Program-made: the position numbers and the translations under genes | Shown here: piece after piece, positions 43,478 to 52,697 of the stretch | Position numbering within the stretch: the stretch's first letter is position 1 | Layout of the letters: each line of letters starts with the position of its first letter | Notes under the pieces: model-generated | What the model was told of the DNA's origin: nothing | The model's database searches: none | What the model saw: the letters and a program-made list of their open reading frames with translations, nothing else | DNA from: Ignavibacteria bacterium | Lineage (GTDB): Bacteria > Bacteroidota > Ignavibacteria > UBA10030 > UBA6906 | NCBI GenBank assembly: GCA_040290295.1 | Contig: PSMW01000001.1 | Span: forward strand, 79,298-143,297 | Length of the DNA: 64,000 nucleotides | Direction of reading: 5' to 3'

Positions 43478-45574
43478 ATGGACGGAACAGTTGCACAGCG
43501 AGGTATGTTGGACTCGCGATTGCTGAGAATGCTCAGTCGCAATACAGATATCCTGCTCGCGGCAGGAGTGATTCTCATCCTTGCGATGATGATCGTTCCG
43601 CTACCGGCGGTTGTCCTGGACGTCCTGATCTCGGCGAACATCACGCTCGCCATCCTCATCTTGACCGTCTCGATGTACATCACGCATCCGTTGGAGCTTT
43701 CGGTGTTTCCGGGCTTGCTCCTGATTCTGACGATCTTTCGGCTGTCGTTGAACGTGGCTTCGACGCGCCTCATTCTTGGCGAAGGGTACGCGGGTGAGGT
43801 CATCAATGCTTTCGGCGCGTTCGTGGTGAAGGGAAACTACGTCGTCGGCTTCATCATCTTCATCATCCTCGTCATCATCCAGTTCGTGGTCATCGTGAAA
43901 GGCGCGGGGCGTATTGCGGAAGTGGCAGCACGCTTTACACTCGACGCCATGCCCGGCAAGCAGATGGCGATCGATGCAGACATGAACGCCGGGTTGATCA
44001 CAGAGGAGCAAGCACGCCAGCGACGACGGGAGATTGCACGCGAAGCCGAATTCTACGGGGCGATGGATGGCGCCAGCAAGTTCGTCAAAGGCGACGCCAT
44101 TGCGGGTTTGCTTATCAATATCGTGAACATCGTCGGTGGGTTTATCATCGGCGTCGCACTGCGCGGAATGTCGTTTGCCGACGCACTCCAGAACTACACG
44201 TTGCTCACCGTGGGGGACGGGCTGGTGTCGCAGATACCCGCACTCATCACGGCAACGGCCGCGGGTATGATCGTGACCCGAAGCGCGTCGGGCAACGCAC
44301 TGGATATGGAGATGCGTGCTCAGCTTCTCGGTAAACCCAAAGCCATGCTCATGGCATCCGGCGCTCTGGCACTGTTTGCCGTTGTGCCCGGCTTACCCAC
44401 GATTCCCTTCCTCGTTCTTGCTATGGTTGCAGGCTTGGTCGGATTCGTCACGTTGAAGGGGAAGGAAAAGGAGTCTGCGAAATCCACGACGCCAATCACC
44501 ACCGCCGTACTACCGAGGCAGGAGCAAATCGAAGACTATCTGCAAGTCGATCCGCTCGAAGTCGAAATCGGCTACGGCTTGATCTCGCTGGTGGATGAGG
44601 CGCAAGGCGGCGATCTCTTCGCGCGCATCACCAATCTCCGTAAGCAACTGGCAATGGAGCTTGGGATTGTCATTCCGCCCGTGCGTGTGCGGGATAATCT
44701 CCAACTTGAGCCGAATCAGTACGTCATCAAAATTCGCGGCAACGTTGTGGCGACCAATGCGCTTATCGTGGATCGGATTTTGGCAATGAATCCGGGAACA
44801 GCGTCGAGCGCGGTGCACGGCATCGAGGCGCGCGAGCCGGCGTTCGGACTCCCCGCCCTCTGGATTGCGCCCCACGATCGTGAGACGGCAGAGTTGGCAG
44901 GATTCACCGTTGTCGAACCGGCCGCGGTGCTCTCCACCCATCTTCAAGAAATTCTCCGACGCAACTGCGACAAGATTCTCGGCAGGCAAGAAACGAAGAA
45001 ATTGATCGAGAATCTCAAGAAGGACTATCCGGCTGTCGTCGAGGAAATCAATCCAGAGACGTTGCCCTTTGGAACGATTCAGAAGGTATTGCAAAATCTC
45101 TTGCGCGAAGGAGTTCCCATTCGTGACCTCGTAACGATCCTCGAAGCACTGTCGGATTACTCGAAAGTGACCAAGAATGTCGATGTCCTGACGGAGTATG
45201 TACGTCACTCCCTTGCCGAAACGATTGCGCGCCTGTATCGAGATGCTCGAGGTGTCGTTCGCGCCATTGCCATGGGTCCGCAGCTCGAACAGCTGATCAC
45301 CAACGCGTTGCAGAACGCGCGAGAAAGCAGTCCCAGCTTGGGCTTGGCACCGGAGGTTATCGAAAGGATTCACAAGAATCTTTCGGCGAATCTTGAATCT
45401 GCAATGGCGGCAGGGTATCAACCTGTTGTGTTGTGTGTCGCAACCGTTCGACCGTATTTCTATCGGATGATCCGCACCGCGTTCCCAAACGTTGCCGTGC
45501 TGTCGTTCACCGAACTTCCCCCCGAAACCGACGTCGAATTCATCGGCAAACTGGAGGTAGAGTATGCGAATTAA
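43478..45574 (+). CDS. flhA: Flagellar export gate protein FlhA
   Basis: VFPGLLLILTIFRLSLNVASTRLIL, RIAEVAARFTLDAMPGKQMAIDADMNAG, GAMDGASKFVKGDAIAG. 698 aa. Confidence 0.97.
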   Translation: MDGTVAQRGMLDSRLLRMLSRNTDILLAAGVILILAMMIVPLPAVVLDVLISANITLAILILTVSMYITHPLELSVFPGLLLILTIFRLSLNVASTRLILGEGYAGEVINAFGAFVVKGNYVVGFIIFIILVIIQFVVIVKGAGRIAEVAARFTLDAMPGKQMAIDADMNAGLITEEQARQRRREIAREAEFYGAMDGASKFVKGDAIAGLLINIVNIVGGFIIGVALRGMSFADALQNYTLLTVGDGLVSQIPALITATAAGMIVTRSASGNALDMEMRAQLLGKPKAMLMASGALALFAVVPGLPTIPFLVLAMVAGLVGFVTLKGKEKESAKSTTPITTAVLPRQEQIEDYLQVDPLEVEIGYGLISLVDEAQGGDLFARITNLRKQLAMELGIVIPPVRVRDNLQLEPNQYVIKIRGNVVATNALIVDRILAMNPGTASSAVHGIEAREPAFGLPALWIAPHDRETAELAGFTVVEPAAVLSTHLQEILRRNCDKILGRQETKKLIENLKKDYPAVVEEINPETLPFGTIQKVLQNLLREGVPIRDLVTILEALSDYSKVTKNVDVLTEYVRHSLAETIARLYRDARGVVRAIAMGPQLEQLITNALQNARESSPSLGLAPEVIERIHKNLSANLESAMAAGYQPVVLCVATVRPYFYRMIRTAFPNVAVLSFTELPPETDVEFIGKLEVEYAN

Positions 45575-46802
45575 AAAGTTCACCGGCGCAACGCTGAAGG
45601 AAGCAACCGAAGCGATGAAAAGCGAATGGGGAGACGAGGCGATCATCCTCAGTACCCGCAAGGTGGCGCGAGGAGGCGTGTTGAATTTTCTCGGCAAGGA
45701 GGAATTCGAAATCACCGCAGCGCTCGACGATCAGCCAATTGCCCAACGCAGCGCTCGGTCATCCTTCGCTGCCACGCTCAACGAGGCAAAAACTGCGGCG
45801 GCTGTGACTCCTGAGAACACGCTCGCCAGCCTGCAACAGATGACCAAGCATTTCGAAGATCGAGCGAAGCGGCATCTCGCGTCACAGCCCTCTCCGATAA
45901 GCGACACAGCGGCGGTGCGAGAGTTGCGCGAGGAGGTCGAAAGTCTCCGCTCCATCGTGCAAGAAGTTGCCGTGCATCTCAAACATGCTCGTATGCCTGC
46001 CTTGCCCGAGCACCTCAAGCACGCCTATCTCACCCTGGTGGGGCAAGGCGTTGAAGAAACAATCGCCGCCGAACTGACACAGCGCATCTATCGAAGTTTA
46101 GGCGAGGACTTGTTGGAAAGCCGTCATCTCGTCGAACAAACCGTCGTGAAGGAGATTGCCTCGCTTTTCCCTCCTGCACCGGAGATGGTGTTGGGTATCC
46201 GTAAACCCTATATCGTTGCGCTCATCGGACCAACCGGAGTGGGAAAGACGACGACGATCGCGAAGCTGGCAGCGATCCAAAAACTCATGAAGGGAATGGA
46301 TGTGGGTTTGATTTCGGCGGACACCTATCGCATTGGTGCGATCGAGCAGCTCAGGACGTTCGCGGCGATCGCGAGCATCCCCATGCAGGTGGTGTACGAA
46401 CCCAACGAGATGCGGACAGCGCTCGCTCGTCTCGGCGGACGCGATGTCATCTTTGTTGATACGGTCGGACGCAGTCAACGTATGGCAAAAGAGATCGGCG
46501 AGATCGCACGCTTCGTCGGTGCCGCGCAGGCACACGAAGTTCACCTCGTGCTCAGCGCCTCCTCGGATGATAGGGTGATGCGGGAAACGGTCGAGACGTT
46601 CCGTTCCGTCGGTCCCAATCGCGTCATCTTCTCGAAGATGGATGAGGCGGCTTCTTATGGTCAACTGTTGAATGTTGTACAGCACGCCCAGTTGCCCGTT
46701 TCGTATCTGACGACGGGACAGAATGTTCCCGAAGACATTGCATTGGCAAACAATATGCACCTTGCGAGTATGGTGTACACGGGGGAGCTGATGCATGCTT
46801 GA
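45564..46802 (+). CDS. flhF: Flagellar SRP-type GTPase FlhF
   Basis: MRIKKFTGATLKEATEAMKSEWGDEAIILSTRKV B-domain. G1 LIGPTGVGKTTTIAKLAA, DTYRIGAIEQL, VDTVGRS. Confidence 0.93.
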   Translation: MRIKKFTGATLKEATEAMKSEWGDEAIILSTRKVARGGVLNFLGKEEFEITAALDDQPIAQRSARSSFAATLNEAKTAAAVTPENTLASLQQMTKHFEDRAKRHLASQPSPISDTAAVRELREEVESLRSIVQEVAVHLKHARMPALPEHLKHAYLTLVGQGVEETIAAELTQRIYRSLGEDLLESRHLVEQTVVKEIASLFPPAPEMVLGIRKPYIVALIGPTGVGKTTTIAKLAAIQKLMKGMDVGLISADTYRIGAIEQLRTFAAIASIPMQVVYEPNEMRTALARLGGRDVIFVDTVGRSQRMAKEIGEIARFVGAAQAHEVHLVLSASSDDRVMRETVETFRSVGPNRVIFSKMDEAASYGQLLNVVQHAQLPVSYLTTGQNVPEDIALANNMHLASMVYTGELMHA

Positions 46803-47634
46803 TCAAGCGACACGATTGCGCGAAATAGCTGAACGGTATTGTAGCCGTCCCGCTGGGATACGACCGCACACGATTGCAGTTGCCAGCGGCAAAGGCGGTG
46901 TGGGGAAAAGTACCGTGGCACTCAATCTTGCCGTGTTGCTTGCGGCAAACGGCGCCGCAACGCTGCTGCTCGATGCGGATGAAAATCTCGGCAATCTCGA
47001 CGTGATGGCCGGTGTAGCGCCGAAACACCGTCTGGGCAGCGTGCTCTCGGGTGAGCGCGATGTACACGACGTGCTCGTCCCGTTGAGCGAACGGCTTGCC
47101 CTCCTTCCCGCCGATTCCGGCAGTACCGACTATCGGCAGATGACGATCGAGCAGCAGCGAACACTGCTCAATGAAATTGCCGATCTCGAACAGCGCTTTG
47201 CGTATGTGGTGATCGACACGGCGGCGGGTCTCGGCACCGACGTGATCGGCTTTGTCGTCCGTTCGGACGAAGCCATCATCGTCATAACGCCGGAGCCGAC
47301 TGCTGTCATGGATGCATACGCACTCATCAAATTGGTGACTGCTGCCGATCCGATGGTGCCGTTGAGGGTGGTGATCAACAATGCACGCAGTGCGGGGGAA
47401 GCTGAAGAAACCGTTCGAAAGCTCCAAACAGCAGTGCGACATTTTTTGAAACGCCACGTGCACTTTCTCGGCTCTATTCCAGCCGATCCGCACATTGGCA
47501 AAGCGGTCGTGCAGCAGACACCTGTGGTCAAAGCATTTCCGTTGTGTCATGCCTCGCTCTCTCTCAGCGCGTTGACGGAGACGGTGATGGAGCAAACCGA
47601 GCGCACACGCGGAAGGAGATTCGCAACCGTATGA
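46795..47634 (+). CDS. flhG: MinD/ParA-type flagellar number regulator FlhG (FleN/YlxH)
   Basis: N-terminal FlhF-activating motif LDQATRLRE, the deviant Walker A IAVASGKGGVGKSTVALNLA, and VIDTAAG. Directly after flhF. Confidence 0.9.
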   Translation: MLDQATRLREIAERYCSRPAGIRPHTIAVASGKGGVGKSTVALNLAVLLAANGAATLLLDADENLGNLDVMAGVAPKHRLGSVLSGERDVHDVLVPLSERLALLPADSGSTDYRQMTIEQQRTLLNEIADLEQRFAYVVIDTAAGLGTDVIGFVVRSDEAIIVITPEPTAVMDAYALIKLVTAADPMVPLRVVINNARSAGEAEETVRKLQTAVRHFLKRHVHFLGSIPADPHIGKAVVQQTPVVKAFPLCHASLSLSALTETVMEQTERTRGRRFATV

Positions 47635-47876
47635 ACAAACTGATATTTCAAATCGGCATTCTTGGGTTCTGCATTTCGGCGGTCGTCTTCGGATCAAGCG
47701 GCGCGACGCTGCTGGAGATCGTTAGCCGTTCGTTCCTCGTGTTCGTCGGCATCGTCCTCGCGTTCGTGGTGGTACTGATCGTGAGCAGCGCGATGATCGA
47801 AAACAACGAGAAACACCAGCAGCCCAAGAACGACGCCGACGTGAAGCCACCGACAACAGCCCAGCAGCATCAATAA
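47631..47876 (+). CDS. Small two-TM hypothetical membrane protein between flhG and fliA
   Basis: MNKLIFQIGILGFCISAVVFG...LVFVGIVLAFVVVLIVSSAMI followed by a polar tail. ATGA overlap with flhG. GGAAGGAG RBS. Confidence 0.5.
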   Translation: MNKLIFQIGILGFCISAVVFGSSGATLLEIVSRSFLVFVGIVLAFVVVLIVSSAMIENNEKHQQPKNDADVKPPTTAQQHQ

Positions 47877-47889
47877 GGAAGCGTACGCC

Positions 47890-48654
47890 ATGCCGATGAC
47901 GCAACGAGAACAGTCGCATGATAAGTTGTGGCAGAACTATTTACGGACACAATCAGCCGAAGCGCGCAAGGCGTTGGTCAAGGAATATGTAGGATTGGTA
48001 AAATTCGTTATCAGCAAATTTCGGAACAACGCACGGCAATCCACGTCGGTCATCGACGAAGACGATTTGCTGCAAATCGGCATGATGGGGTTGTTGGATT
48101 CGATCGACCGCTTCGATCCGACGCGAGGAGTGAAGTTCGAAACGTATGCCATCACGCGCATTCGCGGCACGGTGCAAGACGAACTGCGCAAGCTCGATTG
48201 GGTGCCCCGCTCTGTGCGGGAGAAACTGAGAACGATCGATCGTGTCACGCAGAAGATCGAATGCACGCAAGTCCTCAGCACATCCGCGAAACGCATTACA
48301 CGCGAGCTTGCCATGACGCTAGATGAGTATATGACGATGGTGCGCGACGTGCAGATCGGCGTCCCCGAAGTCGTCGGGCAACACAATCAGGGCGAAGATG
48401 TGTTGGACGACCTCACGGCGGAAGATGACGCCGACCCTTCTGAGCGGGTGGCAGAGGACCAAGTGAAGGAGATGGTGGTACGAATGGTCGAAAATCTTCC
48501 GCCGCAAGATAAACTCATCATCTCCTTGTATTACTACGAGGAGTTGACGTTCAAAGAGATCGCCGGCATCTTGCATTTGTCGGAGTCGCGTGTCTTCCAG
48601 CGGCACGCCACCATTCTCGAGCGCTTGCGAGACCATGCCGGCGAATTGGTATGA
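47890..48654 (+). CDS. fliA: Flagellar sigma factor sigma-28 (FliA)
   Basis: Region 2: DDLLQIGMMGLLDSIDRFDPTRGVKFETYAITRIRGTVQDELRKLDWVPRSVR. Region 4: LPPQDKLIISLYYYEELTFKEIAGILHLSESRVFQRHATILERLR. Confidence 0.93.
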   Translation: MPMTQREQSHDKLWQNYLRTQSAEARKALVKEYVGLVKFVISKFRNNARQSTSVIDEDDLLQIGMMGLLDSIDRFDPTRGVKFETYAITRIRGTVQDELRKLDWVPRSVREKLRTIDRVTQKIECTQVLSTSAKRITRELAMTLDEYMTMVRDVQIGVPEVVGQHNQGEDVLDDLTAEDDADPSERVAEDQVKEMVVRMVENLPPQDKLIISLYYYEELTFKEIAGILHLSESRVFQRHATILERLRDHAGELV

Positions 48655-48709
48655 AGCATACCGCAACCTGACGAGCAACGCACATAAGGACACAGAGGGG
48701 GATTGCACC

Positions 48710-48994
48710 ATGAAACACGTCCACGAGCAGGAAAGGCAAGTCAACCCGATCATGATGATGCCGGAAAATGTGTGGAAGGAATACATCAGGCCCAAGACGA
48801 GCTTGTTCGATCAGGTGGAGAACTTGCCGTACGACGAAAAGCTTGTCCTCGCACTTCATTACTACGAAGGTTTGTCCTTTGCCGAGATTGGTTTCTTGAT
48901 GGGTATGAGTGCATGGGATGCGGCAGCACTCCATGCCGATGCCCTGACCACGTTGCAATCAAAACTTCACGAGATTTTCAAGAGCGAGGAGTAG
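48710..48994 (+). CDS. Stand-alone sigma-70 family region-4-like protein (paralog of FliA region 4), 94 aa
   Basis: QVENLPYDEKLVLALHYYEGLSFAEIGFLMGMSAWDAAALHADALTTLQSKL aligns with FliA MVENLPPQDKLIISLYYYEELTFKEIAGILHLSESRVFQRHATILERLR. No region 2 or 3. An AGAGGGGG RBS sits before ATG 48710. Confidence 0.65.
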   Translation: MKHVHEQERQVNPIMMMPENVWKEYIRPKTSLFDQVENLPYDEKLVLALHYYEGLSFAEIGFLMGMSAWDAAALHADALTTLQSKLHEIFKSEE

Positions 48995-49870
48995 ATGTTG
49001 TCTCCCGACTTTGTACGCGATAAGGTTCAAACGATCATTCAACTTCCCACACTCCCCACTGTTGCGCAGGAGGTTGTCGAGTTGGTCGATAACCCCCGTA
49101 CGTCTGCCTCTCGGTTGGGGAGGGTGATCGAATCCGATCAAGGGCTAACCGGCAAAGTGCTGAAGATCGCGAATTCGGCTTTCTACGGATTTCCTCGGCA
49201 GATCGCGACTGTGGACTTTGCGATCATCGTACTCGGCTTCGATGCCTTGAAGGAGATCGTGATCAGCATTTCGTTGGTCAGTGCGTTGCAAAAGAAGAGC
49301 GATGTGCCCTTCGACGCGCGCGGCTTCTGGGATCATGCCGTCTACAGCGCGGTGATTGCTCGCCGGCTTGCACGCGATCTTGGCTATCGGGTCAGCGGCG
49401 AAGTGTTTGTCGGCGGATTGCTGCACGATATGGGCATCTCGGTTCTGCATCAACATTTCTGCAAGGAGTATCTTGCGATGGTCTCGACCGTGGAGGCACA
49501 GCAGATCCCGTTCTTGGACGCAGAAAAGGAAGTGCTCGGCGTGACACACGCACAGGTTGGCGGTTGGCTTGCGGAACGATGGAACTTCCCGAACCACTTG
49601 GTGGAAGCCATCAGCATGCATCATACGCCGCTCGCAGCGAAGGAGAACCCTGAACTGGTCGGTATTATTCACTGTGCGGATGTGTTGGCGAACCGATTGT
49701 GCAAGCGCCCAATGTTGTTCGATGCAGGCTTGGATTTCCAACCGGACGTTCTTCAACGCTTGGGTTTGGGCGATCCGCTCGTTCTCGAACAATACATCAC
49801 GACGTATCGTTCGATCATCGACGCGGATATGAAGCAGTTCGACACGATGTTCAGTTCGGTAAAGGAGTAG
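48995..49870 (+). CDS. HDOD domain protein (second copy)
   Basis: LPTLPTVAQEVVELVDNPRTSASRLGRVIESDQGLTGKVLKIANSAFYGFPRQIATVDFAIIVLG, FWDHAVYSAVIARRLA, GLLHDMGISVL. Confidence 0.85.
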   Translation: MLSPDFVRDKVQTIIQLPTLPTVAQEVVELVDNPRTSASRLGRVIESDQGLTGKVLKIANSAFYGFPRQIATVDFAIIVLGFDALKEIVISISLVSALQKKSDVPFDARGFWDHAVYSAVIARRLARDLGYRVSGEVFVGGLLHDMGISVLHQHFCKEYLAMVSTVEAQQIPFLDAEKEVLGVTHAQVGGWLAERWNFPNHLVEAISMHHTPLAAKENPELVGIIHCADVLANRLCKRPMLFDAGLDFQPDVLQRLGLGDPLVLEQYITTYRSIIDADMKQFDTMFSSVKE

Positions 49871-49874
49871 GACG

Positions 49875-51257
49875 ATGCAGGCAGCCGAACAACATTCGCG
49901 AGTTCGTATGAACCGCCTCCAATTGCTCGACGCCCTGGCGCCGCAATTCGAGTCGTTCATGGAGAGCCGCGAGCAGTATATTAAAGCACTCGAAGAAACG
50001 GTCGCGCTGCTGAAGCGAGCAAATCTTCAAGCCTCCGAAAACAATCGCGCCATCCGTACCACGATCGACGAGCTGATGGCGATGCAGCAGCTCTCCAACA
50101 GCATCAGCACCGCGCATGAACCGGAGGCGATCGTCTCGACACTCATCCACTTGACGCGGCAAGTGTTGCCCGTCATCGAGTCGAATATTTTCCTTTTCGA
50201 AGGGAAACCGCAGCGCCTCGTTCCACTCTCGACAAAATGTTCGGCTGCGTTCGTGGAAGAAGCGCAAAAGCATGTCGAGGCGGGCATCGTCGATTGGGTG
50301 ATCGCCGAACAGCGCACAGTGATTTTCCCCGATATCGAGTCTATGGGCGCCAGCGGGACGAAGAACATCCTCGTGATTGTTCCACTCATCATCCGCAATG
50401 AAGCGATCGGGATCTTCATGATTCGCTCGCCGAAATCCCACGCCGAGATCGCCAACCACGACATCCAACTCTTGACTGTCCTGGCGAACCAAGCCGCCGT
50501 GGGTGTCGAAAACTGGCGCGCCTTCGAGAAGGTCGTTGCGCTGAACAAGGAACTGCAAGCCTCGCAGGCGCAAACCATGCATGCCACCAAACTTGCTGCA
50601 ATCGGGGAACTGGCGGCAAGCATCGTTCACGAAATCAAAAATCCGATCCAAGTCATGGTCATGCACATGGAGATGGTGCAGCGCGGCAAACCGCTGCCGC
50701 ATTGGACGGACACCGTCGCGAAGCAAGTGAAGCGTCTCAGCGAAATTACTCGCCGCCTCATGAACTTTTCGCGCAACGTTGCCGACGAGCCGCGCATGGA
50801 CGAAGTGCAGATCAACCAGCCGATCGAAGAAACCGTGGCGATGGTGGAGCATGAGTATCGCATCAACAACATCGACATCGTCACGGATCTGAAGGAAGAC
50901 TTGCCCCCCATTGTTGCGAACGCGGGTGCATTGCAACAAGTGTTCTTGAATCTCCTCATCAATGCGCGCGATGCAATGCCCAACGGCGGAACAATCACCA
51001 TACGTACAGAATCTTCCGGCTACTACGTGGTGGTGAAGTTTGCCGATACGGGCACGGGGATCGCCCAAGAACATCTCGACAAGATCTTCATGCCCTTCTT
51101 CACTACGAAGCCTGAGGGGCAAGGAACGGGCCTCGGGCTATCCATCTGCCGAAAAATCATCAGTGAACACAAGGGCGCGATAAAGGTGGAAAGCGAAGAT
51201 GGCAAAGGAACGACATTCAGCATTTTTCTCCCGATGCTGAGGAGGTTACACCGATGA
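49875..51257 (+). CDS. Cytoplasmic sensor histidine kinase with GAF-like input domain
   Basis: GAF-like region (EPEAIVSTLIHLTRQVLPV...LIIRNEAIGIFMI). H-box LAASIVHEIKNPIQV. ATPase LLINARDAMPNGG, DTGTGIAQEHLDKIFMPFFTTK, GTGLGLSICRKII. Confidence 0.88.
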   Translation: MQAAEQHSRVRMNRLQLLDALAPQFESFMESREQYIKALEETVALLKRANLQASENNRAIRTTIDELMAMQQLSNSISTAHEPEAIVSTLIHLTRQVLPVIESNIFLFEGKPQRLVPLSTKCSAAFVEEAQKHVEAGIVDWVIAEQRTVIFPDIESMGASGTKNILVIVPLIIRNEAIGIFMIRSPKSHAEIANHDIQLLTVLANQAAVGVENWRAFEKVVALNKELQASQAQTMHATKLAAIGELAASIVHEIKNPIQVMVMHMEMVQRGKPLPHWTDTVAKQVKRLSEITRRLMNFSRNVADEPRMDEVQINQPIEETVAMVEHEYRINNIDIVTDLKEDLPPIVANAGALQQVFLNLLINARDAMPNGGTITIRTESSGYYVVVKFADTGTGIAQEHLDKIFMPFFTTKPEGQGTGLGLSICRKIISEHKGAIKVESEDGKGTTFSIFLPMLRRLHR

Positions 51258-51928
51258 AGACCGGTCCGACATCCGTTCTCGTGCTGCTCGCCTGCGCCGC
51301 TTGTGTCCGTGCAGAAGAACCGACTACCGCGCGCCGGATCGTGGACCCCATCATCGATGTCCGTGCTTTGGTTCGTGGTGAGATGGAACGAGCGCACCAC
51401 GCGCTGCAACGCGAGGCGGCGTCTCCGATGCCGATGGCGCACCTCCATGTTGGGATTTTCTTTTTCGCTGCCGGCGTCTCGCTGCTGAGTACGTCGATGT
51501 TGCTGTGGGTTCTCTTGCGTCGCAAGCGGAGGGATGTGTCGATGGCACCGCTTCGTTCGTTGCCGGCAACAATGCAGCCGCCTCGCACGGATCCAGTGGA
51601 TGCACTCTTGAAGCAGGCAGCATTGATTCTTCGTGAAAAGCGCGCTGCACATTCCCCGCGATCGTTCGCGCCTGTCGATGAAGAGGTGAGCGGAAACGTC
51701 GGGCTTGCGCGTACGTTTCAACGCGGGAAGGGAGAGTTGGCGTTAGCGCAGAAATGTGAAGCGGCCGGCAAGACCTATCCGTGGGAGAAGAAACTTCGCG
51801 AGGGCGCGGCGCTGAACGTGATTGCTGAAGGCTCTCCCCTTGCCGCAAAAACATTAGGGATCGGCACGGGCGAGATGCACCTCGTGCACTCGCTACGCGC
51901 ACTGCAGAAACAACATCAGAGGAGGTAA
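51254..51928 (+). CDS. Hypothetical secreted/membrane protein
   Basis: Signal-peptide-like N-terminus MKTGPTSVLVLLACAACVRA and one central TM (VGIFFFAAGVSLLSTSMLLWVLL). ATGA overlap with the kinase gene. No recognised family. Confidence 0.45.
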   Translation: MKTGPTSVLVLLACAACVRAEEPTTARRIVDPIIDVRALVRGEMERAHHALQREAASPMPMAHLHVGIFFFAAGVSLLSTSMLLWVLLRRKRRDVSMAPLRSLPATMQPPRTDPVDALLKQAALILREKRAAHSPRSFAPVDEEVSGNVGLARTFQRGKGELALAQKCEAAGKTYPWEKKLREGAALNVIAEGSPLAAKTLGIGTGEMHLVHSLRALQKQHQRR

Positions 51929-51934
51929 CAGGTC

Positions 51935-52684
51935 ATGATCAAAGGATTGTACGCGTCGAGCAACGGCATGCCCCCGATGATGGTGAAGCTGGAAGTCATC
52001 GCCAACAATTTAGCGAACATCAACACCAGCGGTTTCAAGAAAGACGGACTGTTCGTCCAAATGATGAACGATCCGGGCATTGCGCCTGTTGTCGGGGCGG
52101 GCAAACTCTCGACGCGCGTGCAGACGGAACGCGTCACAGATTTCAGTGAAGGCTCTCTCGTTCAAACGAGTAATCCTCTCGATCTCGCCTTGCAAGGGCG
52201 CGGCTTCTTTGTCGTGCAGACCCCGCAAGGGACGCGCTACACACGCAACGGCAACTTCACCATTGCACTCGATGGCACATTGACAACCGGGGACGGCTTC
52301 CCGGTCCTTGCAAAGGATGGCACCATCAAGTTTCCCGATCTTCAACAGCTTGCACAGGAGAGTGTCAGGATTTTGCCGACCGGCGAAATTCATGTCGGCA
52401 CGAAAGCGATCGGAGCTCTTCGTATTGTGGATTTTGAGGACACAACGCGCTTGCAGAAAGCCGGCGGCGCGCTTTTCAGTCTTGACTCGACTGACGATAC
52501 CGGCATGCACGAGGTGGAACTCCCGACGGTCCGTCAGGGCTATCTTGAAGAATCGAACGTCGATGGCATCGCGGAGATGATCGAGATGATCGAAATAACG
52601 CGGCACTTCGAATCGAATCAGAAAGCGATCGCCTCGCAGGACGCGACGTTGGAGAAGGTGCTGGAAGTAGGAAAGTTTTCATAA
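51935..52684 (+). CDS. flgF: Flagellar basal-body rod protein FlgF
   Basis: MIKGLYASSNGMPPMMVKLEVIANNLANINTSGFKKD N-terminus and VRQGYLEESNVDGIAEMIEMIEITRHFESNQKAI C-terminus. Precedes flgG. Confidence 0.88.
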   Translation: MIKGLYASSNGMPPMMVKLEVIANNLANINTSGFKKDGLFVQMMNDPGIAPVVGAGKLSTRVQTERVTDFSEGSLVQTSNPLDLALQGRGFFVVQTPQGTRYTRNGNFTIALDGTLTTGDGFPVLAKDGTIKFPDLQQLAQESVRILPTGEIHVGTKAIGALRIVDFEDTTRLQKAGGALFSLDSTDDTGMHEVELPTVRQGYLEESNVDGIAEMIEMIEITRHFESNQKAIASQDATLEKVLEVGKFS

Positions 52685-52697
52685 AGGAGGATGACCG

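Noticed and set aside
41410-43806. 798-aa ORF on the minus strand, the longest non-annotated ORF in the track
   Set aside because: It runs antisense to fliQ, fliR, flhB and the start of flhA, all of which have unmistakable conserved sequences on the + strand. Its translation is His/Arg/Gln-rich and low-complexity with no recognisable motif. This is a typical shadow ORF in GC-rich DNA.
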